IMG/VR virus record: IMGVR_UViG_3300037524_001274
Location: 1 to 47,721 of that record
Strand: one strand, 5' to 3'
Source: a virus
Taxonomy: Duplodnaviria; Caudoviricetes
Length of the DNA stretch: 47,721 bases
Positions 20,001 through 28,561 of the stretch are shown one piece after another (position 1 is the stretch's first letter; each line of letters begins with the position of its first letter). A program made the translations under genes and the position numbers. The notes beneath the pieces are model-generated. The model saw only the letters and a list, made by a program, of their open reading frames with translations, ran no database searches and was not told where the DNA came from.

Positions 20001-23000
20001 GGCCGCCTTCTCTGGGGACTGGCAGAAGCTGACCCAGTCCCAGCGGGACAACCTGATCGAGGAGGCGGCGGCCGACGGGTTCGGAGAGTACGCCCGCCGG
20101 CGGGTCGCCCTCCGGTCCGCGCCGGCCCCGGTCCGGGTGTTCTCCCAGGTCTGGGAGGGGCTCCACTCGATGGGCTCGAGGCTCGTCGGGAAGGACTCCG
20201 CGGAGTTCGACCGGCTCCTCCGGGGTGAGTACAGCAGGGAGGCCGTCCAGGCTGCCCCTGCCGCGCAGCCGGCTACCCGCCCTGCCACGCAGCAGGCGGC
20301 TCCCAGCCCGGCACCCTCGGCCGCACCAGCACCCGCCCAGGCGGCCCAGAAGGCCCCAGGACGAAAGGGCACCAAGTCGCCCAAGAAGACCAAGCCCACC
20401 ACGCAGGTGGAGGGGGCCCTCCCACCGTCGGAGCCCGGCGCCGTCGAGGCGGCCGAGGCCCAGGAGGCCCAGGCCCAGGCCCGGGCGAAGCGCCGGAAGC
20501 CGACCGCTGCCGAGGTGAAGGCGAAGGCCCAGGCCAAGGTGGAGGGCAAGCCGACGGCCAAGGCCAGCGTCGGGAAGGCGGCGGAGGGGGACACCGTGAC
20601 CCTCTACCGCGGCGCCTCGAACGCCGACAAGGGCCAGTTCTGGACCACCGACAGGAGCCGCGCCGAGAGCTACGCGGACTGGGAGCTGGAGACGGTGACC
20701 GTTCCCCGGGCGGAGTTCGAGCGCGGCCGCGCCGCCGCCCGCCGTCAGGGAGACCCCACCGGGAGGGACACCGTCCTCGACCGTGCCTGGGACTCGAGGG
20801 CCACGAAGGTCGCTCGCGAGGGCGCGGCCATCGAGGTCGACGCGACCGAGGCCGACGACGACGCCTTCCTCGCCAGCCTGGGCGTCACGCGCGCGAGCGT
20901 CGGGAAGCGAAAGGCTCTCGACGTGGTGAAGCTGCGCGAGAAGCCGAAGCCGATCACCGGCACGGGGAAGAAGGGCAAGGTCATCGTCGAGACCGACCTC
21001 TACCCCTGGCTCGAAGCCAACGGGACCGACCTGAGCGATCCGGCCCTCGGGCTCACCGAGAAGCAGCAGGTCGCGATCATGGTGCGTGCCGCGGTGAAGG
21101 AGATCGAGTACCAGAAGAAGCAGCGCCGGTCCGGCGCCGGCTGGTACCGCGGCGACATCCGCGAGCTGGAGCACGCCGCTCGCAAGGCGTTCCCGTCCCT
21201 CGCCGACCCCAACCGCATGGGCCTCTTCAAGGCGGTCCTCGCGGCCACCTCGTTCGGGAACAAGCCCGTGCCCAACGCCGAGCAGGCCTTCCAGATCTGG
21301 GAGGCGTTCGAGAAGACTGGCGATCTGCCCAACGCTCAGGCGAGCGGGAAGAACTGGTCCGGGTCCCCGACGTTCGGAAACACGAAGAGGCCCAACTCGA
21401 AGAAGACCTCGCGTGGGAAGCTGCTCCACCTCCGCGATCAGCTCGGGAGCTGGGACGCCGTGACCGAGTTCCTCCTCTCCGACCACCCGGTCGGGATGCT
21501 CCGGAAGATGGGCTTCAACGTCAGCGGAAAGGCGAAGGACTCGAAGCCTGGGTCCTACGTCCTGGGCCCGAAGGGCGGTCCGTTCTACCAGAACATCTCG
21601 GGCCGCCTCGGCGACCTGACGGGAGATCTCTGGTTCGCGCGCACGTTCAACCGGCTCCGCGGTACGAAGATCGTGGAGGCGCCGCGCAACGACGCCGAGC
21701 GCGCGATGATGCGCGACTTCATCGCGAAGGTGGCGAAGGCCACCGGAGTGGACCCGGCCGACGCGCAGGCCATGCTCTGGTTCTCGGAGAAGGACCTGTA
21801 CGGCAAGCTGACCGGGAACCCCGACTTCGGGACCTACTCCATCGGAGGCCGTCAGGCCCTCGAGTCCATGCGGGTGAAGCGCGAGATGGACGAGACCGGG
21901 AACGCCCCGGCCGCGACCGTCGCCGTGAAGCCGCAGGTCTCCTTCGAGGCCGCGTGGTCCACGAACTCGAAGTTGAACAAGCAGTACCCCTGGGGCGATC
22001 TCACGACCGAGCAGAAGCGTCGGTTCACCGACGAGCACGGGCGCTGGGTCATCGAGGAGATCCATATCGAGACCGGAGCGGACATCGAGTTCGTGACCGG
22101 GAGCACTGGCCCCTCGTCCTGGGGCGGCCAGCCGAATCTCGTCGCCATCATCCGCGGCTCCGCCGATCAGGTGAGCGCGGCCGCGTCGATGCTCGGGCTC
22201 GCGTTCGAGCAGGACTCGGTGGCCATCGTCTCCGAGGTGCGCGGGCAGACCCCGCAGAGCGTGCGGACGTTCGTGGTCACCAGCCCGACCAGCGGGAAGT
22301 GGGCGAGCCGTGACTTCCTCGACTCTGTCCGCTCGGCGCTCGAGGGCGAGAGCCCCGAGGTGGCGAAGCGCGTGGCCATCGAGGTGGGCGTGACGCCCTC
22401 CGGCGAGACGACGCTCAAGGCGTACCCGATGGCGGAGGCCGGCAAGCCGGACGCCGAGTGGGTGCGCGACAACACCGGAACGGTCGACAAGGCGGTGCGA
22501 AGCGCCGTCGCTGCGGCCGACCCTGACTCCGCGATCCGGGTGCGGAAGGCAGAGTTCGAGGTGGAACTTCCCGGGAACGACTGGAGCACCGACCAGAATG
22601 GAGAAGGGTACCGCCGCAACCTCGACGACCTCGGACACTCCCCCGAAGGTCTGGACCAGTTCCTCGCTGGTGTCGCTGCCAACAGGGCGGAGACCTGGGC
22701 AGCCGTCACCGGGAAAGAGCCCACGGCCCGGGCGTCGGTAGCTCGCCGGCCCCGTCCCGCTTCCGAGCCCGGCGGCGACTTCTTCTCGAACCCTGGGAAG
22801 ATCTACGACATCGTCGAGGCTGACGACGGGTCGGAGGTTGTGTCTGCCCGCCCGCCGCAGAGCGGGATGCGGCAGCAGGTCATCGTCCAGACCCCTGACG
22901 GCAAGATCGAGGACCGGGCCTACAGCGTCTTCGGGAACCGAGTGCCGATCTCGAGGGCCAGCGTCGGGAAGCGCCAGCAGTCCGGGTCCCTGTCGAACAC

Positions 23001-25284
23001 GATCCGCTGGGCCACGAAGCCGATCATCAAGCGCCTGCGCGAGATCAAGAGCGTGGGCGGCCGGCCCATCGGGGAGTTCCTTGCTGACCAGCTTGAGTCC
23101 CGGCGCCGCGCCTACGAGATGACCTCCGGCCGGATGCTCGACCGCTACAACGTGGCGGTGGGCAGGCTCGACGGAGTGAAGGCAAAGTGGGCCAAGGTGC
23201 AGCAGGCCCTCGACGGAGTGCCCGAGGCAAAGGGCAAGCTGAACGACGTGGAGCGCCAGTCCTACGACGAGATCCGCGCGCTCTTCAACGAGGTCAAGAA
23301 GATGGCCGCCCACGAGGGCGTCTTCACCGGCCAGGGAATCCGAGACTACTTCCCGCACATGGCCGAGGACGGGCAGTTCTCCGAGGACTTCGCCGTCCAG
23401 CAGCATCTCGAGTACCTCGAGACCGAGCGACCCGACCTGCTTCAGAAGCTGGCCGAGGAGAACTCCGCGTGGACCGGTCTGATCGGTGACGCCTCGAACT
23501 ACGAGCTGGCCGCCATCGACCTCGCGAAGAACTGGAACAAGGAGTCGTTCTTCAAGTCGAACCCGCACCTCGAGAAGTTCCGCTCCAACAAGCCGGCCAT
23601 CAAGTACCGCACCGACTCCGCGGTCGGGCAGAAGTACATCCTCGACGCGCTGCGCCGGATCATGGACGCGCGCTACCTCGGCTCGAAGAGCGAGGTGATC
23701 CAGCAGGGCATCCGCTCGATCCGCGATCAGGCCGACCAGCAGTACGTGAGGGACGCGATGTCCGAGATCCTCGGGCGAGCGAAGTCGCGCCACGTCGGCA
23801 CCGCCATCGTCCGCGAGCTGAACGCGCTCAACGGGCTCTCGAAGCTCGGGTCCGCGGGGCTCGCCCAGCTCGGGCAGCTCGTCGTCGCGACTTCGGAGAT
23901 GGCCGGCGCCAGCGGCGTGATCAAGGCCGGCGTCGACATCGCTCGCGGCGCCGTGGCCCTGGCTCGCTCGCCGGGGCTCCTCTACACCGAGGCGGCCCGC
24001 AGCGGAGCCACGTTCGCGTCCGACTCCGGCGAGGCGATGAAGAACTTCGCCGGGACCGGCGGTGGGTCCTACGCGGAGCGGGTCCACCGCGCCGTGTGGC
24101 GCGCCCTGGCGCTGGGCTCCAAGGCCGGAGAGAAGGTGGTCGACACGACCTACGGAGTCCGCACGCTGGACAAGTTCGCCCGCGTGATGGCCGACCGGTT
24201 CGGCCGCGAGACCTACCTCCGCGCGCTCCGCAACAAGGACCGCGCGCTGCTCATCGAGCTGCTCGGGTCGCCCGAGCACGCTGACGCCGCGCTGCGCGAG
24301 GACCTCCCCAGGCTCAAGCAGATCGAAGCCACGTGGCGCGCTGGCGGGACCGACCCGCTGCTCTCCGACAAGCAGACGGTCGCCGCCGGCTCGAGGCTGG
24401 CGCTCGCCGGGAAGCGGTTCGCCGACAAGACCCAGTACCGCACCGACACCCAGGACCAGCCGCTCTCGTTCTCGCACCCGGTGATGAAGGCGGCGAACAC
24501 CTTCTACTCGTTCGCCTACTCCCACTGGCGCTGGAACGCCGAGCATATCCAGGCTGGCCGCGCGGCCGCGAAGGCCGGAGACTCGAAGTCGGCCGGTCGC
24601 CACGCCCGGGCCCTGGTGATGCAGCACCTGATCACCGGGCCCATCGTCGGTGCCGCGATCATCTCGGCCCGCGCGCTGCTCACCGGCAAGGGGCTCGAGG
24701 ACAAGGACGAGGACGACATCCAGTCTTTCGCCGAGGCGTGGCAGGCCGCGATGAACCTCGACACCATCGGCTCCGAGGAGTTCTGGACGGCGCACACGAT
24801 GGTGGCGAAGTTCCTCCAGGGCTGGCAGTACTCCGGCGGCCTGGGCTACCCGATGTCCTACCTCGAGCGCGCCGAGCGCGCCACGAAGGAGTACGACCGG
24901 ATGCGCGGGTTCGCGTCTCTGGTCCTCGGGTCTCCCGGGGAGATGGGCTACGACATCGCGAACCTCGCGGCCGACGGGTGGAACTACTCGTGGACCCCAA
25001 CCGCAGCGAACCAGAAGAAGGTCACCCGGGCGTTCTACACCGTGCTGTTCAACCACACGCTGCCCAACGTGCTCGGGATCACCGGCTCGGTCCGGCGCCG
25101 GCTGACGGCCACAGAGGAGCGCCCGAATCGCCAGCTCGGCTGGCTCGGCCTCTTCGACCCCGACGCTCGCTGGACCAAGGAGCACGGGTGGACCTCGGAC
25201 GCCGCGGAAGAGGCGAGGGAGGAGGCGCTCGAGCGGCTCCGCGAGAAGCAGGAGCGCGAGCGCGAGGAGCTGGAGGAGGAGTAG
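17023..25284 (+). CDS. giant polyvalent internal virion protein (2753 aa): coiled coil, HExxH peptidase, ADP-ribosyltransferase-like and DUF7178-like domains, helical C-terminus
   Basis: AHEVLH...EEAAAD (about 19909-20076); TLYRG...FWTTDRSRAESYA (about 20596-20676); GWY...LAATS...GPKGGPFYQN...DLWFAR...AQAMLW (about 21130-21800). TTG start uncertain. Confidence 0.8.
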   Translation: MANFGRRTVGAPGGSSSLGGYGFEVFGDAGVGAWDRFSQAASQAADSYAARMAVEARRKRAEEEAQREAAAKQEQAQRDAAEAERTAAVNEQLERTRQEMNKPGYVSPEGEVKPVQGVTPSQLAAQTDPKFRTQLAEQRTKMVDDEIKREEKLRAAELKDKAAAQDRDEKLTNKALNEVERFERAVDARDARVARLEQLMYAQQQRALIAEEKQEVAQLRRAIAMDDKVEDARALLEDDARLYGRAREAASLVAKEAGQKLSKSELEEATRAKMREMREASGWYQQQEDGTLVFDSQTSRARLDLESREPITVESYHATVTPEELARAKQIRYTMPRSMRDWKAGAWKAAGLDEATAIRMAALGSQQAGRDAVTEAASSASGRKEPVAASTASAGIGMGNSRPAPPPPQRKPAPKPPAPQLAGPKPAPGGPASGARPAPPPSSPAPGGPATSIAGGQFGLPQVKVVVPESMRKRDTKEQVLSGKMVGEKAAAGQRKFENVSKAITGLEGVSEKEGKELAIELAQKVPGVFTGQVSLKDGLEQLREIKRYETEAQMGALQEQLGEGASVEQAVAASLDPKLEAQARGTMVSDAERAAEVTPEKLAEQQFGQAVQLLDRPRLELQTRVAQAIGADLQPDPNSPTGLEDPASAAGRGLSSLLVEHGFDEKGADTAGQVFGEILSEALDPLEILGAVSGLGVVGKVAKGAERAMGLVGGVSAAMGAKDAVDQLKALHDSGEFLDEEGRLSAKGAAALTQLGISAGFGAASAKGILGEAGGAPTPKISPDGSGYRVTPEMVEAMISEQTSSRDLVAAIDREARAKTITEKAQAAGEAVPTEEQVNAILDREDAASLSAEPDSFVKAAVGEKVATPEGMDAVLPGQTWVKVDESTYGTTFETPSGPRQLNVRVNEGAIVMSAADLKETRGVEALAADEEVQGRYVPGDISLGRADLIQTLSGTGANTKAHEVLHFLKANGLIGTKQWATISARYAPKAKAAFSGDWQKLTQSQRDNLIEEAAADGFGEYARRRVALRSAPAPVRVFSQVWEGLHSMGSRLVGKDSAEFDRLLRGEYSREAVQAAPAAQPATRPATQQAAPSPAPSAAPAPAQAAQKAPGRKGTKSPKKTKPTTQVEGALPPSEPGAVEAAEAQEAQAQARAKRRKPTAAEVKAKAQAKVEGKPTAKASVGKAAEGDTVTLYRGASNADKGQFWTTDRSRAESYADWELETVTVPRAEFERGRAAARRQGDPTGRDTVLDRAWDSRATKVAREGAAIEVDATEADDDAFLASLGVTRASVGKRKALDVVKLREKPKPITGTGKKGKVIVETDLYPWLEANGTDLSDPALGLTEKQQVAIMVRAAVKEIEYQKKQRRSGAGWYRGDIRELEHAARKAFPSLADPNRMGLFKAVLAATSFGNKPVPNAEQAFQIWEAFEKTGDLPNAQASGKNWSGSPTFGNTKRPNSKKTSRGKLLHLRDQLGSWDAVTEFLLSDHPVGMLRKMGFNVSGKAKDSKPGSYVLGPKGGPFYQNISGRLGDLTGDLWFARTFNRLRGTKIVEAPRNDAERAMMRDFIAKVAKATGVDPADAQAMLWFSEKDLYGKLTGNPDFGTYSIGGRQALESMRVKREMDETGNAPAATVAVKPQVSFEAAWSTNSKLNKQYPWGDLTTEQKRRFTDEHGRWVIEEIHIETGADIEFVTGSTGPSSWGGQPNLVAIIRGSADQVSAAASMLGLAFEQDSVAIVSEVRGQTPQSVRTFVVTSPTSGKWASRDFLDSVRSALEGESPEVAKRVAIEVGVTPSGETTLKAYPMAEAGKPDAEWVRDNTGTVDKAVRSAVAAADPDSAIRVRKAEFEVELPGNDWSTDQNGEGYRRNLDDLGHSPEGLDQFLAGVAANRAETWAAVTGKEPTARASVARRPRPASEPGGDFFSNPGKIYDIVEADDGSEVVSARPPQSGMRQQVIVQTPDGKIEDRAYSVFGNRVPISRASVGKRQQSGSLSNTIRWATKPIIKRLREIKSVGGRPIGEFLADQLESRRRAYEMTSGRMLDRYNVAVGRLDGVKAKWAKVQQALDGVPEAKGKLNDVERQSYDEIRALFNEVKKMAAHEGVFTGQGIRDYFPHMAEDGQFSEDFAVQQHLEYLETERPDLLQKLAEENSAWTGLIGDASNYELAAIDLAKNWNKESFFKSNPHLEKFRSNKPAIKYRTDSAVGQKYILDALRRIMDARYLGSKSEVIQQGIRSIRDQADQQYVRDAMSEILGRAKSRHVGTAIVRELNALNGLSKLGSAGLAQLGQLVVATSEMAGASGVIKAGVDIARGAVALARSPGLLYTEAARSGATFASDSGEAMKNFAGTGGGSYAERVHRAVWRALALGSKAGEKVVDTTYGVRTLDKFARVMADRFGRETYLRALRNKDRALLIELLGSPEHADAALREDLPRLKQIEATWRAGGTDPLLSDKQTVAAGSRLALAGKRFADKTQYRTDTQDQPLSFSHPVMKAANTFYSFAYSHWRWNAEHIQAGRAAAKAGDSKSAGRHARALVMQHLITGPIVGAAIISARALLTGKGLEDKDEDDIQSFAEAWQAAMNLDTIGSEEFWTAHTMVAKFLQGWQYSGGLGYPMSYLERAERATKEYDRMRGFASLVLGSPGEMGYDIANLAADGWNYSWTPTAANQKKVTRAFYTVLFNHTLPNVLGITGSVRRRLTATEERPNRQLGWLGLFDPDARWTKEHGWTSDAAEEAREEALERLREKQEREREELEEE

Positions 25285-25286
25285 CC

Positions 25287-25306
25287 GGCACACGGTGGTG
25301 TACTTT
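25287..25306 (+). promoter_or_regulatory. phage promoter-like motif GGCACACGGTGGTGTACTTT
   Basis: Intergenic, followed by GAGGAGG SD of the lipoprotein/lysis/portal block. Confidence 0.65.
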
Positions 25307-25330
25307 TGGGGTAGAGGAGGTTGCAAGTAG

Positions 25331-26266
25331 ATGAAGAACTGGAAGCTGAACATGGCCGTGGTAATTCCCGTGGCCATGATGACGATGGGCGCGAAGGGCT
25401 GCGTGTCCGACTGCGACAAGATCCGCGCGGCGCTCGAGCTGGCCTGCGGAGCGGACGAGGCCAGCGTCGAGTGCGCGGCCGCGAAGAAGATGTTGGTCGA
25501 GCGGTGTCAGGTCCCCACGCCCGAGCCCACGCCCGAGCCCACGCCCGAGCCCACGCCCACGCCGACCCCCGAGCCGACACCCCCGCCAGCCGTGTGCGAG
25601 GCGCCGCCCGAGGGCTCTCTCGTCGCCATCCAGGGCGGGATGCCCACCCTCCAGCCCAAGGTGGTGGAGGCCATGAACGCGCTCGGAGACCCGACGGGGA
25701 CTCACCCGGCGACGACTCTTCAGGTCCTGGCCCTCGAGCTTCAGGGCCGTGGCGTGTGCGCCTTCGCCGGCATCGAGGCCGTCTTCGCCCTGAACGCGGC
25801 CGGGCTCTGGGAGGAGTACCACGCGGTCTACTTCGGCGATGGCGGCTGGACCCACAACGGGAAGTACATGGGCTCGCACCGCGTCGAGGGCGAACAGCCC
25901 GAGCCACCGCCCGCCGGCGAGTGCTCGGCGCCCGTGACCCCGAAGGTCGACAAGTTCAACCTGAAGCCGCACGGCCGCTGGTACGACAGCACGCCGCTCT
26001 TCTACGGGCGCGAGTACTGCTCGGCCATCGGCTTCCCCGACCGCCTGCACTGCCCGGCCAGGAGCGAGTGCCCCGGCTTCAAGTGCGAGGAGCGGGTCGC
26101 GTGCGAAACCGTCGGAATCGGCGCGAATGTGCCGACGTTCCGGTGCGAAAAGGGTTCACCGGTTGTGAATCCCGGCAACGGATTCCAGGCGAGCTGCGAA
26201 GACTCGTCTTGGATCGAGGTCTGCTCCGCGGACCTGACGGTCTGCACCAGGGTGGTGATCCAGTGA
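25331..26266 (+). CDS. Cys-rich secreted protein or lipoprotein with PT/PE linker
   Basis: Signal peptide ending AKGC, PTPEPTPEPT repeat, many Cys. Confidence 0.75.
   Translation: MKNWKLNMAVVIPVAMMTMGAKGCVSDCDKIRAALELACGADEASVECAAAKKMLVERCQVPTPEPTPEPTPEPTPTPTPEPTPPPAVCEAPPEGSLVAIQGGMPTLQPKVVEAMNALGDPTGTHPATTLQVLALELQGRGVCAFAGIEAVFALNAAGLWEEYHAVYFGDGGWTHNGKYMGSHRVEGEQPEPPPAGECSAPVTPKVDKFNLKPHGRWYDSTPLFYGREYCSAIGFPDRLHCPARSECPGFKCEERVACETVGIGANVPTFRCEKGSPVVNPGNGFQASCEDSSWIEVCSADLTVCTRVVIQ
25514..25558 (+). repeat. 12-nt tandem repeat CCCACGCCCGAG (PTPE)
   Basis: Three full copies plus a partial one. Confidence 0.9.
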
Positions 26267-27009
26267 GGCGCTACTCCGCCGTCCTCCTCCTGGCCCTCGC
26301 AGCGTGCGGGTCCCAGGACTCCATCACGGGCCCGGCCTCGGAGCCTCAGGCCGCGGTCGCCCCAGCGGCGGCGCCACCGCCCGCGCCGGCGGCGCCGGCC
26401 CCTCAGGCCGAGGACCCGGCGCTCGTCTTCTCGTTCGCGAAGGACGGGGCGATGACCGTGAGCAACACCCGCGCCGCCGCCGTCGAGGGCCGGGTCTGCG
26501 TCTACGAGTACGGCCGTTCGGGATTCGCGAATCAGGAACTCGTCGGCGAGTACCCCTTTCTTGCCCCCATCGGCGTGAGCGTTACCCCATTCCCGGTGGG
26601 CCGCTTCACCCCGACCTGCGGCTCCTACGTGTTCCAGCTCGACGCCGTGAGGGCCGACATCTCCTGTCCCAAGGACCCGTTCACCCTCGGCGGCACCGGC
26701 TTCTTCAAGGGCCGCGCCGGCATCGAGGTCTTCAACGACGCCTGCGTGCCGCCCCCGCCGCCCCCGCCGCCCCCGCCGCCGCAGACCTGCGAGCTGCCGT
26801 CGGTCGAGGTCCTGAGCTGGCAGGGCAAGGGTGACCCGGCCACGGAGTGCGCGGCCTTCGGCGACTACGTCCCGGTCGAGGCCGACCCGCTGTTCTGGAT
26901 CTGCAAGGCGGGGAACGACCGCGAGGTCTGGCTCACCGAGCCGACCGGCGAGTCCTGCCGCAACGGCAAGGACATCAGCCACACGGTCCCGTGCGGGTGC
27001 GCGCCATGA
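26263..27009 (+). CDS. Cys-rich lipoprotein with poly-Pro linker
   Basis: GTGA overlap; MRRYSAVLLLALAAC lipobox. Confidence 0.75.
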   Translation: MRRYSAVLLLALAACGSQDSITGPASEPQAAVAPAAAPPPAPAAPAPQAEDPALVFSFAKDGAMTVSNTRAAAVEGRVCVYEYGRSGFANQELVGEYPFLAPIGVSVTPFPVGRFTPTCGSYVFQLDAVRADISCPKDPFTLGGTGFFKGRAGIEVFNDACVPPPPPPPPPPPQTCELPSVEVLSWQGKGDPATECAAFGDYVPVEADPLFWICKAGNDREVWLTEPTGESCRNGKDISHTVPCGCAP

Positions 27010-27596
27010 TCTACGGCCTTCCGGGGGACGTGTTCTTCACCCACTCGCAGAGCCTGCTCGGGAGCCTCATCCGCTGGGCCGAGCACGACCCCAACGAGCC
27101 GAATGGCGCCTGGGCCAACCACGTCGGAGTGGTCGTCTCTCCTGGGTGGATCGTCCCTCCCCCTGGGGTTGGGAACCTCCGCTTCACCCAGGCCACGGTC
27201 ATCGAGTCCCTCTGGAAGACGGAGCGGTGGCGGTGGTGGGAGAACCACAAGGACGAGAAGGGCCAGCTCATCCGCGTGTTCAGGCATCGCAGCCTGACGC
27301 CCGGGCAGCTCCGAGCCATCGAGCACACGGCCAACGAGTTCGTGGGCCGCACCTACGGCTGGTGGAAGCTGTTCGCCCACCTCGCCGACCGCATCGTGTT
27401 CGGAGGAAAGAAGACAGTGTCCAACTGGCTGGTGATCGAGAAGCGTCCGATCTGCTCGTTCACCGTGGCGCACGCCTTCGACGCAGCGAAGGTCAGCTTC
27501 GGGATGGACCCCGACGCTGCGGACCCTGACGAGATGATGGACCACTGCATCACGTCGGGCGACTGGGTCTACGTGGGGGAAGGGGAGGTGAAGTGA
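27006..27596 (+). CDS. permuted papain-like NlpC/P60 (YiiX/YebB-type) amidase/peptidase
   Basis: PGDVFF...WANHVGVV...VIES...VGRTY...ICSFTVA, His before Cys. Confidence 0.8.
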   Translation: MIYGLPGDVFFTHSQSLLGSLIRWAEHDPNEPNGAWANHVGVVVSPGWIVPPPGVGNLRFTQATVIESLWKTERWRWWENHKDEKGQLIRVFRHRSLTPGQLRAIEHTANEFVGRTYGWWKLFAHLADRIVFGGKKTVSNWLVIEKRPICSFTVAHAFDAAKVSFGMDPDAADPDEMMDHCITSGDWVYVGEGEVK

Positions 27597-27730
27597 TGAA
27601 CGTCGGCCTGATCATGGCCCTCGTGAAGGGCGGGAAGGCCATCCTGCTCTCGAAGCCCGTGCGCCTCGCGCTCGCGAGGTACATCCTCGACAGCGTCGAG
27701 AAGCACGAGCCGAAGCCGGAGGCGAAGTAG
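27596..27730 (+). CDS. 44-aa amphipathic protein (possible lysis accessory)
   Basis: GGAGGTG SD, TGATG coupling; read manually, below ORF-track cutoff. Confidence 0.5.
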   Translation: MNVGLIMALVKGGKAILLSKPVRLALARYILDSVEKHEPKPEAK

Positions 27731-28179
27731 TGGCGGCGCCGCTCTATCCCCCCATCGTGCTCGGGGTCTCCTGCCTGATCGGCGAGGCCGCAGGCGAGGG
27801 GCGCCCAGGGATGGTCGCGGTCGCCGAGGTGATCCGCAACCGGATGGAGCGCCGGTACTCCAGCGATGGCACGGTCGCTGGGACGGTGCTCCGTCCGAAG
27901 CAGTTCTCGTGCTTCGACGAGCCCTGGCGCGCGAGGCTCTTCCAGCACCACTGGGACGAGGACATCGTGGTCCAGGCCCGTCAGGCATGGGACATCGCCT
28001 TCAACGACGACGGCACCGGCGAGCGCAGCAACCTCACCGGTGGCGCCGTTCTCTACCACACCATCGCGGACCCGGGGCGGAAGGTTGCCCCTGTCTGGCC
28101 GCCAGTGTGGGCAGTGAAGCCCGGCGTGGTCGAGACCGCCCGCATCCTCGGCCACGTCTTCTACGACGACAGGAGGTAG
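27730..28179 (+). CDS. SleB/Hydrolase_2-family cell wall hydrolase (endolysin)
   Basis: GEAAGE..GMVAVAEVIRNR, QFSCF, TGGAVLYH, GHVFY. Confidence 0.88.
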   Translation: MAAPLYPPIVLGVSCLIGEAAGEGRPGMVAVAEVIRNRMERRYSSDGTVAGTVLRPKQFSCFDEPWRARLFQHHWDEDIVVQARQAWDIAFNDDGTGERSNLTGGAVLYHTIADPGRKVAPVWPPVWAVKPGVVETARILGHVFYDDRR

Positions 28180-28183
28180 CAAC

Positions 28184-28552
28184 ATGAACGAGATGCTCTG
28201 GGACATCACGAAGCTGGTGGCCGGAGTGGTCTTCGCCATCCTCGGGTGGCTGGGCATCCGCATCGTGACCAAGGTCGACGAAGACGTGAAGGACCTGAAG
28301 GTGCGAGTCGGAGACCTCGAGGCGAACATCGGACCGCGCGCCGAGGCGCTGGCACGAGTGGAGCAGAAGCTGGACGACCACGTCCGTCGCGAAGAGACGA
28401 TCACGTGGAAGCAGATGCAGGAAGCGCAGCGTCAGAACAGCGAGGCGCACGCCGCACTCCTCGACGGCTTGAGGGAGGTGAGCGAGCGCGTGGTCGCGGT
28501 GGAGACCATCCTCAACAACCGGCTGCCGAAGAGCAGCGTCAAGCGCAAGTAA
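28184..28552 (+). CDS. membrane-anchored coiled-coil protein (holin/spanin-like)
   Basis: One N-terminal TM helix plus coiled coil, next to endolysin. Confidence 0.6.
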   Translation: MNEMLWDITKLVAGVVFAILGWLGIRIVTKVDEDVKDLKVRVGDLEANIGPRAEALARVEQKLDDHVRREETITWKQMQEAQRQNSEAHAALLDGLREVSERVVAVETILNNRLPKSSVKRK

Positions 28553-28561
28553 GGAGGCAAC

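Noticed and set aside
16507-25419. 2970-aa ORF on the - strand, and other long antisense ORFs (682..3084, 4012..5526, 8787..10871, 12915..15035, 44709..46352)
   Set aside because: Shadow frames of strongly biased high-GC genes; no SD and no recognisable motifs
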